Below are positions 56,080 through 64,000 of a stretch of 64,000 bases of DNA, in pieces (within the stretch, counting starts at the first letter, position 1; each line of letters opens with the position of its first letter). The notes under the pieces are model-generated. The model worked only from the letters and a program-made list of their open reading frames with translations, did not search any database and had not been told where the DNA came from. This DNA comes from Nanobdellota archaeon (GTDB lineage: Archaea; Aenigmatarchaeota; Aenigmatarchaeia; QMZP01): contig JBDRJQ010000028.1 of the NCBI GenBank assembly GCA_043814765.1, forward strand, positions 29,835 to 93,834. The letters are read 5' to 3'. The position numbers and the translations under genes were made by a program.

Positions 56080-58404
56080 ATGGGTTTTACTATCGCGAAT
56101 AAGAAAATCACAATAAGTATTTCAGTAACATTTGTCTTGTTCTTTTTAACAGTGACGCTGGTCCAATCAGCGGACAGCAGGTGGACCTCAGAGCTGCTTA
56201 CTGTGTGGGATGAAAGCAACAATGCATTCAATGTTACAGATATACGTGACAGTTCAAACCTGCCTCCTGATTTTTCCGGAGGAACCGCGACAAAATTCTC
56301 TGTGAAAATCGATGTGACAGCTAGCAATAAAGTCGATCCAGGGGATGGGATACAATGCAGTCATTGTGAAGCTTATGACTGTGCTGATATGGTTATTATT
56401 GGCACGCTCGATAATCCCGTAATTGGTTTGTACTACCTGAACTCCACTGACCCGGCTCTTCTGGCGCGGATAGAAGGTGATGGTGTTGACATTGAGTGGC
56501 TTAACTGCTCAAAAGTTGGGGATATACCTGTTAACGAACAACTAATAGCCAATATCTATGTTGATTTCAATTACTCGGCAGCAGTAGACGAAACAGATCC
56601 CTACTGGAACTGGGCGTACGACAACATAACAGGCAGCACAATTTTGAGCGGCAACTCGTTTGTGGCCGGCACTGAATGGGCTGATGCGGGCGATGGTTTG
56701 GATGTTGCATGGTTCAGGACCAATGCCACAGGAAGCTGGCTAAACACGACATACCAGGAAATGGGATCAGCAGCCACTTACATATTCAACACTACACTGA
56801 CTACAAACGGAAACGACTATGGGGGAGACACTATATGCTGGACACAGATAGCGAATGACACCGCGGCTGCGAACAACTGGAATGATACAATGCTTGAAAC
56901 CGAAAACTGCATAGATGTTTTGTACAATTTTGTGCCGTCCATAAGCATCAATGATTCAACAATCAATACCGGTGATGCTGCCATTGTTACAGCTACCTGT
57001 GGCAATCCTGGAGAAGATATATTATTAGAAACCTATATTACAATATTAGACAACCAGACTGGTTCTGATATAGTTACTCCAGTCACAAAGGGCTCTAACA
57101 AAATCTATGCAAACGATAGCACTTATTATTTGGGTACATGGTCATCAGCTTCAGTTATAAGAGACTTTAAAATAATGGCTGTGAATAAGGGCTCATATAA
57201 TATAACAATCCGCTGCAACTCCAGTGAGGTCACTGAGAGCGTTTCCACCAAACTGGAGATAGCAGACACTGACGCACCGACTGTAACCAACGCGCGCTAC
57301 AATGATTTAGATTCTCTGATAGAAGTCTTTAGTGAAATAAAGGTAAATGCTACTGTCATAGAGGTTGGAGGAGGAACTATAAGCACGGTTCTCATACAAA
57401 TGACAAAGCCCGACGGAAGCATACAAAATTATACAACATCTTCAAGCGGTTCAGAATATTTTAATACCAGCATAAACTTGACCGTAATAGGAAATTATTC
57501 CTTCTTGTTTTATGCCAACGATACCGCAAACAACATAAATTTCACTGTGAACGCCAGCAAGGAAGGAGGCGGCGCAACAACATCGCTTACCTCCAGAGAT
57601 ACTACAGACCCTACTGGAGACCTAGGTAGTTGGGACGATACAGATACGACTACAGGTTCTACTGTTTGCATAAATGTCACTGGCGTTGCAGACAATTACG
57701 CCATAGATACTGTTAATGTGACTATCATGTATCCGAATGAGACTGTGGTGGCTGTTTATCTGGATGATGACACATCAAGTTGCAGCGGCAGCGCTGGTGA
57801 TGGAGATTGGGGCATCGACGTGAATGTTGGTTCTACTGTTGGAACTTTATGGGCAAATGTTAGTGCTGTTAATGACACATCAGGCAACGTGTTTACTTCA
57901 ATTCCCACACCTGGTGAAGAGCCTAAAGTGACAGTTGTTACAGGTGCTGTGGATACGAGCTTCAGGATAACAATGCCTGGTTCCAATGTCAAGCACATCA
58001 ATTCGACAGATCCCATGCTGCCAAACGCTACACTCAGCATGAACTTTACAATGAGCTCAACAGGCACAGCCGGCACCCAGGCAAACGTTGCGCCATGTGT
58101 TGGCGCGACAAGCGATTGCCAATCAGATGGAACAGCGTTCTTCGTATTCGAAAATGTTGGCGGCGTAACCATTAACATAACAATGCAATTAAACGTAACT
58201 ATGCCATCTAATATCGCACTGGTTTGCGACAAGGACAATAGCCCGGCCGGAGCTACAGCAATTACTACAGAGAATTATAACGTATCGAATGACCTTGAAA
58301 CCAGCTCTGCAATAAGCATCTGGTGCTGGGCATCGTTCACAAACACGCGAACTACTGACATAACAGAAAGGAAGTTAATACACAACGCAACAGAATCAGC
58401 CTAA
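56080..58404 (+). CDS. large Thr/Asn-rich surface glycoprotein-like protein (S-layer/adhesin-like)
   Basis: Signal/anchor MGFTIANKKITISISVTFVLFFLTVTLVQSA. Dozens of N-x-T/S sequons, beta-rich, no enzyme motifs. Confidence 0.45.
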   Translation: MGFTIANKKITISISVTFVLFFLTVTLVQSADSRWTSELLTVWDESNNAFNVTDIRDSSNLPPDFSGGTATKFSVKIDVTASNKVDPGDGIQCSHCEAYDCADMVIIGTLDNPVIGLYYLNSTDPALLARIEGDGVDIEWLNCSKVGDIPVNEQLIANIYVDFNYSAAVDETDPYWNWAYDNITGSTILSGNSFVAGTEWADAGDGLDVAWFRTNATGSWLNTTYQEMGSAATYIFNTTLTTNGNDYGGDTICWTQIANDTAAANNWNDTMLETENCIDVLYNFVPSISINDSTINTGDAAIVTATCGNPGEDILLETYITILDNQTGSDIVTPVTKGSNKIYANDSTYYLGTWSSASVIRDFKIMAVNKGSYNITIRCNSSEVTESVSTKLEIADTDAPTVTNARYNDLDSLIEVFSEIKVNATVIEVGGGTISTVLIQMTKPDGSIQNYTTSSSGSEYFNTSINLTVIGNYSFLFYANDTANNINFTVNASKEGGGATTSLTSRDTTDPTGDLGSWDDTDTTTGSTVCINVTGVADNYAIDTVNVTIMYPNETVVAVYLDDDTSSCSGSAGDGDWGIDVNVGSTVGTLWANVSAVNDTSGNVFTSIPTPGEEPKVTVVTGAVDTSFRITMPGSNVKHINSTDPMLPNATLSMNFTMSSTGTAGTQANVAPCVGATSDCQSDGTAFFVFENVGGVTINITMQLNVTMPSNIALVCDKDNSPAGATAITTENYNVSNDLETSSAISIWCWASFTNTRTTDITERKLIHNATESA

Positions 58405-58469
58405 TTATGAAAATTTCTAAATAGATAACTTTTATAAGTGTGCTTAACGATATTATAATACAGAGTAAA

Positions 58470-59087
58470 ATGTCTGATAGAAAAATTTTAATAATGTGTT
58501 TAACTTTTGCGTTATTTTCAAGCTTTTTGATATCGCAGACTGCACAGGCAGCTAATTATGGTTATACCACCGCATACTTTTATATTCCAACTGACACCAG
58601 CTTTAGCGTAACTATTTTAGGTCAGAGTGATACTAACATAACATCTGAACAATCAGGTACCCCGAATCAGACGAGTTCTTGGATAGCGTTCAACGCCACC
58701 ACTTTAACTCAAGACGATGTTAATGCACAAGCAAAACCAGGAGATGACAGCAACCTGCAAACAGGTCTTGGCAAGCCTATATTTGTCTTCGCCAACACAG
58801 GAACTATAGGCATCAACATAAGCCTGTCTTGGTCAGGATCTGGAAATGCAGGTCCCGATAGCTGTGTAACTGTCAGGATGAATTCGACATGTTTCCCTTC
58901 TGGCGGCTGCGTAGGAGCTTATGAGCTTGAGCAAGAAGAACAAATCAGTACAACAGCAAAAGTTATGGTAGCCAATCTGAGTGTAGGAAGTAAACTGAAC
59001 GCGACTTTAATAGCAAACCTTAGTAGCTGTGAATTAGGAACATTTGACAGTATTGCTGACCTAAGCTATGAGTCTGGTCAAGAATAG
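58470..59087 (+). CDS. secreted Thr/Ser/Asn-rich protein
   Basis: Start at ATG 58470 (MSDRKILIMCLTFALFSSFLISQTAQA signal); the ORF-track start was GTG 58440. Confidence 0.4.
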   Translation: MSDRKILIMCLTFALFSSFLISQTAQAANYGYTTAYFYIPTDTSFSVTILGQSDTNITSEQSGTPNQTSSWIAFNATTLTQDDVNAQAKPGDDSNLQTGLGKPIFVFANTGTIGINISLSWSGSGNAGPDSCVTVRMNSTCFPSGGCVGAYELEQEEQISTTAKVMVANLSVGSKLNATLIANLSSCELGTFDSIADLSYESGQE

Positions 59088-59146
59088 AATAAAAATATAC
59101 AACAAATCTTTTTAAGATATTGATACAACTATAATAAAGTGTTCAT

Positions 59147-60058
59147 ATGGAAAGAAAAAATAAAAGAAAACAAAATTTCAGCGAGAAAATTGAAAAAAAA
59201 CATGTTTATGCCGGCGTTTTGATTCTGATTGTTGCGGCCGCTTTTGTGGTATTCGGCTCCTCCACGGGTTTCATGATCCTTGGCTTTCAGCCAAGCACTT
59301 CCGTATATATTTCACAGGAACAGGAACAGCTCTATAGGACATACTTTGATACAGACAGGCCCCTGCACTGTCAGGAAGGAAGGTGCATAAACCCGCTAGT
59401 GTATGAAGATCTGCCTGAATGGCCAGATGATGCAGAGTTCGAAGCAATAACAATCCTGGTAAAGGACAGTAAAATAAACCCAGCGGATATAGAAGAAGAA
59501 TTTTACAAACAGCCTGAGTTTTTCCCTTCCCATATAAAAGGCATATCTTATGAAGCGTACCTGTATCCTGGAGGCAGGCCGTCAATATGCTGCGAAGGCG
59601 CCTACCCAGGAAAAGTTATTATATCGCATGCAAGCCGTGGTGACTCGTTTGAATCAGTTACTTTCTTCTTATCACCGCCAGGAAGCCCATACTTTAGGGG
59701 GGCGCAATTCATTCCTGTCTTTCCTCAAACATTTGGCGCCCAAGGAAAATTCTACACGCAGAACGCAGAAGAGGTCAAGAAATATTTTGATATAGAAATA
59801 ACACCGAACATCTTCAAGTTCGAACCAACCTATCCAAAATATCGGTATGACTGGAATGCAAGAGTGAAAGTAAATGTTAAAATAGACGAAAATACACCGC
59901 AAGGGTATTATGCAATCGGCATAACAACTATAGCACCGCCGGAAGAGATTAACTATAAATGGCAATTAGAACATAAAATGGCTTACACCCCAACACTCAC
60001 AGGTGGCATGTTTAGCACAGGAAATCCTCCTTACACAATAGTGCTGAATGTTGTTTAA
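59147..60058 (+). CDS. N-terminally anchored extracellular protein
   Basis: Lys-rich N-terminus, then TM VYAGVLILIVAAAFVVFG, then Pro/Tyr-rich domain. Confidence 0.4.
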   Translation: MERKNKRKQNFSEKIEKKHVYAGVLILIVAAAFVVFGSSTGFMILGFQPSTSVYISQEQEQLYRTYFDTDRPLHCQEGRCINPLVYEDLPEWPDDAEFEAITILVKDSKINPADIEEEFYKQPEFFPSHIKGISYEAYLYPGGRPSICCEGAYPGKVIISHASRGDSFESVTFFLSPPGSPYFRGAQFIPVFPQTFGAQGKFYTQNAEEVKKYFDIEITPNIFKFEPTYPKYRYDWNARVKVNVKIDENTPQGYYAIGITTIAPPEEINYKWQLEHKMAYTPTLTGGMFSTGNPPYTIVLNVV

Positions 60059-60098
60059 TTTCGAATAATTCTTATAGCAGAAAACTAATAATAAATAT

Positions 60099-62048
60099 AT
60101 GAGAATTAACATAGCACTTTTATTCGCATTTTTTATGTTATATCTATTATTTTTGGCTGTTCCTGCTGCCAATTCAAGTGGATATGGCGGAAGTGAATTA
60201 TATTTTGAACTTGACACGTACGGAATCAGGAGTTTTATTCTGCAGGCGCCGGAAGTTTATATAAACACAAGCTTCTGGGCAAAGGCAACTGCCGTATCCA
60301 ATGACACGTATAATGCCGGTACATTCAATATGACAGTGGACAGGCCGTCAACATTCAGCATAATTGAAAATGATGCTTCGCAGCCAAATCCTGCGCTCGC
60401 AGGAGACGGCAGTCAGTGGATAGCAAACTGGACATTTAATGCAACTGCTGTTGCGGCAGCCTACACAATAAACGTCTCCCTGCCGTTTTTCGATTCCAAT
60501 AAAACTGCAAATGTAACACTGGTAAATAAACCCACCAATTGGAGCAATGGGACCGTTGTGATAAGTGCCGGAGGTCCGTACAATAATTCAGAAACTGGGA
60601 TAATATATGCAGCTGTAAAGGACAGTAATGATAATTATGTCAACATCATAGGAGAATGCAACATAGCAATCTATTGGCCCAATGGGACAGAATGGAAGAG
60701 CAACAAAACCATGAGTTATCTCAACGGAACAAACGGCCAGTACTATTACAATTTTGTGGCGCATGCATCGGTTAACGGAACATATGATGCCCATGCAAAC
60801 TGCACCATATCAATAGCAAACAACGTGTCCAGCTTCAACGTTACAGGCACGAACGAAGACTCTGGTGGCGGAGGAAGCGGAACAGGAGGCGGAGCACCTG
60901 TTAGTGGAGGTGGCGGAGGAAGCTATAACAAAGAAAAAAAGGCTGAGGAGGCAACATACATGTGGAAAATTATACCCGCAGGCGGAACAGGTATTGTAAA
61001 AATAAATAAACCAGAAATTGATTTAAAATACATAATTATTTACGCAAAAGAAGAACTAATTGCGTCCAAAATAACTATTAGGCAATTTTTTGAAAAGCCA
61101 CCTGAACTGCCTGACATAGACGAGAACGTTTACAGATACCTTGAGTTTAAACCCGCAAACATGGAAGAAGATTATATACATGGAGCAAAAATAAGCTTCA
61201 AGGTGAGCAGGGAGTGGCTCACTGCCAACAACATTGATGAGGACAGCATAATGCTCAACCGATTAAAAGATGGCATATGGGTCAAGCTGCCCACAAAAAA
61301 GCTTGAATCAAACGATTCTAATGCTGACGGGGTGAATGCATTTGAAGAAAGATGCGACATTCCATGCATGCTGTCTGACGGGTCCGGGTCTCTTATTGGT
61401 TTTTCACCTGACCCTAGCTACATCTACTATGAAGCCGTTACTCCAGGATTCAGCTACTTCATCATAGCAGGAAAGGCTTTACCAGTGGTGAGTGAGTGGA
61501 TAGATATCATGGAGTATCCAATATCTATCAGAATTGAGCAGGGTGCAGTGGAATACAAACATGTAAAGATCAAAAACATTGGAGACGAGAGATTAACCAA
61601 TGTTTATTTAACTCTGGAAGGAATTGATGAACGTTGGTACACAATAGACCCTGCAAAGACTGAAATAAGTCCGGATAAAGAAGAGATTTTCATAGTAAAG
61701 TTCATGATACCCGAGTATGCAGAAAAGAAGGCTTATAGTGCATTCATTCATGTTGTTTCTGACCAGGCAGAAACAATAGATGAAATTGAATTGGAAGTTA
61801 TAGAACCAAGTGAATTGTATGCATATGTACATCTGACACAGTTATTAGGAGTAATTGTTTTGGTAGTAATAATTGTTATGGCAACATTAATTGTTATTTT
61901 ATACCACATGCAAAGGAGTATGAACAGAATCGCAATGGAAAGGAGAATGATAGTGTACAAGGAAATCAAGGATATTAAAGAAAAGTTATTAAAAAAACGC
62001 AGGAGCCGCAAAAAAACTTACAAATATAAACAAAAGAAAGCATCATAA
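60099..62048 (+). CDS. surface glycoprotein-like protein with Gly-rich linker, C-terminal TM anchor and Lys/Arg-rich cytoplasmic tail
   Basis: Signal peptide, many N-x-T/S sequons, SGGGGSGTGGGAPVSGGGGGS linker, C-terminal TM LLGVIVLVVIIVMATLIVIL plus KKRRSRKKTYKYKQKK. Confidence 0.5.
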   Translation: MRINIALLFAFFMLYLLFLAVPAANSSGYGGSELYFELDTYGIRSFILQAPEVYINTSFWAKATAVSNDTYNAGTFNMTVDRPSTFSIIENDASQPNPALAGDGSQWIANWTFNATAVAAAYTINVSLPFFDSNKTANVTLVNKPTNWSNGTVVISAGGPYNNSETGIIYAAVKDSNDNYVNIIGECNIAIYWPNGTEWKSNKTMSYLNGTNGQYYYNFVAHASVNGTYDAHANCTISIANNVSSFNVTGTNEDSGGGGSGTGGGAPVSGGGGGSYNKEKKAEEATYMWKIIPAGGTGIVKINKPEIDLKYIIIYAKEELIASKITIRQFFEKPPELPDIDENVYRYLEFKPANMEEDYIHGAKISFKVSREWLTANNIDEDSIMLNRLKDGIWVKLPTKKLESNDSNADGVNAFEERCDIPCMLSDGSGSLIGFSPDPSYIYYEAVTPGFSYFIIAGKALPVVSEWIDIMEYPISIRIEQGAVEYKHVKIKNIGDERLTNVYLTLEGIDERWYTIDPAKTEISPDKEEIFIVKFMIPEYAEKKAYSAFIHVVSDQAETIDEIELEVIEPSELYAYVHLTQLLGVIVLVVIIVMATLIVILYHMQRSMNRIAMERRMIVYKEIKDIKEKLLKKRRSRKKTYKYKQKKAS

Positions 62049-62086
62049 ATAATCATTTCAAATAATTTCTTATTTGTTAATTGATT

Positions 62087-62137
62087 AATTGCCACTTAGG
62101 TAACTAAATTTTATTGCCACTTAGGTAACTAAATTTT
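62087..62137 (+). repeat. tandem direct repeat, 2 x ~25 bp (ATTGCCACTTAGGTAACTAAATTTT) in the promoter region of the downstream gene
   Basis: Two adjacent near-identical copies seen directly in sequence, 27 nt upstream of ATG 62164. Confidence 0.7.
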
Positions 62138-62163
62138 TATACTATATAACTATATAATATTAT

Positions 62164-64000
62164 ATGAATTTTAAGCCATTTTTAGTTGTTTCAATATTGA
62201 TGTCCTTGCTACTGATTCCTGCAATTTCTGCATTTCCGGCTTACATAACTCAGCAAGGAAGGCTTGTAAACTCTACCACTGGCAATTCTGTAAATGGAAC
62301 ATATAACATGACTTTTAGATTTTACACGGCAGAAACTGGCGGTACTGATGTATGGGATGAGGGACAAGAAAACGTTTCTGTAACAAACGGCATCTGGCAT
62401 CTTACTCTCGGAACAAACACCACACTGGACTTGAACTTTACCCAGGATTATTGGATGAGCATACAAATTAACGGCAATTCTGAAATGAGCCCTAGAAGAA
62501 GAATCACATCGTCTGCTTATACATTTTATGCAAACAACACAGATTTGCTGGATGGAAAGGATTCCACTGAATTCTTATCAATTAACGGAAGCAACATAAC
62601 TGTTCTTGATGCTAATGAAACATACTGGATAGGTTCTGATTCCAACTGGTGGGGTAAAATTTTAAGCAATACTTTCCGCGGTGTTGCAGGAATATTTGAT
62701 TCTATAAACGTTCTTGGCAGTTTCTTTGTTTACAGCAACAACACGATAAACATGGATGCAAACGTTTCTGTATCCAGCGGTGCTGTTGTTATCTGGTCCA
62801 ACGGCACAGTTGAAGCAACAGACAGCGATACAATCTACACAGGTGTAGATGATGTTTGGGTCAACGTTACCGGTGACACAATGACTGGTGAGTTAAACGT
62901 GTCTAATAAAATATACCTATACCCTAACGGTACAATTTTTTTAGACGGTAATTTAAAGGTTCCAACAACTGTTGTTATTTGGTCTAACGGTACAGTTGAG
63001 GTAGCAGATAGTGATACAATCTATACTGGTGTAGCAGACAATTGGGTAAACGCTACTGGCGATTACATGACTGGTGAGTTGAATATCTCTGGTAAGATAT
63101 TCCTTTATCCAAACGGAACCGTGGAAGTTAATGGTAATTACAGAGTACCTAGCGGTGTTATTATATGGAGTAACGGTACTGTTGAAATTGGCTCTCAAGC
63201 AACATACGATGGTGTAGCTGATAACTGGGTAAATGAAACAGGCGACACTATGACTGGTAATCTATCCATGAGCAGTAAGTGGTTACTAGATTTCAGAGCA
63301 AGACTAGGTTGGGGAAACATAACAGAGTTCCCTGCTAACTGCACAGCCGGTTACTATGTTCATGGTATCAGCGAACTTGGTTTAACCTGCGTTCCTGATG
63401 ATGATAACGATACAATATATGCTGGGGTAGCAGATGACTGGGTTAATGTTACTGGGGATGTAATGACTGGTGATCTAAACATCACAGATGGTACTAATGA
63501 AGTTAACATCAGTGCAGGTGGTGTAATCAGTATTAACACAAGTGGTGATAGTCCTTTTGTTATTTACAACAGGACTGAGTTGTTATTTGAATTAAATGGC
63601 ACTGGTGGTTTGGATCTTAACTGGTTTAGAAGCTGTACACTGAAAACAGACGCTAACGGTAACATGGTTTGCGGTACGGACAACAATGATAATACTGTTT
63701 ATGTCGGTGTAGCAGACAATTGGGTCAATGAATCGGGTGATTTAATGACTGGTGACTTGAACATGACAGACGGAGCATCATGGACTAACATAAGCTCGAC
63801 GGGATTCATACGAATGAATACCAGTGGTGAGAGTCCGTTCATTGTTTATAACAGAACAGAATTGTTGTTCGAGTTTAACAACACAGGCGGTTTGGATCTT
63901 AATTGGTTCAGAAGCTGTAATTTGAAAACAGATGCTAACGGTAATGTTATCTGCGGTGTTGATGATGATACTAACACTCATTATGCTGGGGTAGCTGATA
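62164..64000 (+). CDS. secreted protein with tandem phage-tail-fibre-like repeats (TG-D-x-MTG-x-L), 3'-truncated by window edge
   Basis: Signal MNFKPFLVVSILMSLLLIPAISA. Repeats of the form D-S-D-T-I-Y-T-G-V-A-D-N-W-V-N-x-T-G-D-x-M-T-G-E-L-N (six or more copies) plus ~100-aa higher-order repeats (LDLNWFRSC-x-LKTDANGN). No stop before 64000. Confidence 0.5.
   Translation, partial: MNFKPFLVVSILMSLLLIPAISAFPAYITQQGRLVNSTTGNSVNGTYNMTFRFYTAETGGTDVWDEGQENVSVTNGIWHLTLGTNTTLDLNFTQDYWMSIQINGNSEMSPRRRITSSAYTFYANNTDLLDGKDSTEFLSINGSNITVLDANETYWIGSDSNWWGKILSNTFRGVAGIFDSINVLGSFFVYSNNTINMDANVSVSSGAVVIWSNGTVEATDSDTIYTGVDDVWVNVTGDTMTGELNVSNKIYLYPNGTIFLDGNLKVPTTVVIWSNGTVEVADSDTIYTGVADNWVNATGDYMTGELNISGKIFLYPNGTVEVNGNYRVPSGVIIWSNGTVEIGSQATYDGVADNWVNETGDTMTGNLSMSSKWLLDFRARLGWGNITEFPANCTAGYYVHGISELGLTCVPDDDNDTIYAGVADDWVNVTGDVMTGDLNITDGTNEVNISAGGVISINTSGDSPFVIYNRTELLFELNGTGGLDLNWFRSCTLKTDANGNMVCGTDNNDNTVYVGVADNWVNESGDLMTGDLNMTDGASWTNISSTGFIRMNTSGESPFIVYNRTELLFEFNNTGGLDLNWFRSCNLKTDANGNVICGVDDDTNTHYAGVAD

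Noticed and set aside
62087-62137. CRISPR array
   Set aside because: Only two directly adjacent 25-bp copies with no spacers. No cas genes in the window.

Overview
AT-rich (~35% GC) archaeal chromosomal segment with tightly packed archaeal housekeeping genes. Recognised: FlaI/PilB-like pilus ATPase, aIF-1A, KH protein, PRPP synthetase, S27ae, S24e, MscS, RpoE-Spt4, glutaredoxin, Pelota, ABCE1, Obg-like GTPase, diphthine synthase, L7Ae-S28e-L24e, ArgRS. Gene content (small informational proteins, class-III pilin-like signal peptides, large glycosylated surface proteins) suggests a small-genome, possibly DPANN-like archaeon; that is inference. No rRNA genes or CRISPR arrays seen.

One tRNA is present: tRNA-Thr(TGT), apparently interrupted by two introns (canonical 37/38 plus a T-loop intron).

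The most unusual stretch is about 32.7-43.2 kb, a candidate accessory/mobile region:
- a PadR regulator whose palindromic operator (TTGACGACTTTA-GTCGTC) recurs, inverted, in front of a myo-inositol-1-phosphate synthase gene;
- a GC-rich (~50%) five-gene island with strong AGGAGG ribosome-binding sites, membrane proteins and a LysM protein, unlike the host;
- two homologous promoter blocks (TGTCTTKCG repeats + TATA + TAATAGTAACA);
- an uncharacterised four-gene operon: two paralogous small proteins, a coiled-coil protein, and a HerA/FtsK-superfamily (DUF87-like) ATPase fused to a winged-helix domain, with a 23-nt element repeated at two intercistronic junctions;
- a 1.5-kb GC-rich ORF-free stretch full of tetraloop hairpins with two bacterial-style hairpin+T8 terminators, probably structured ncRNA;
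- a Zn-ribbon/HTH transposase-like gene.

The last 19 kb is a cell-surface locus: a 1590-aa BNR/Asp-box protein, two paralogous transglutaminase-like proteins, a GH5-like hydrolase, several sequon-rich surface proteins, and a protein with phage-tail-fibre-like tandem repeats.
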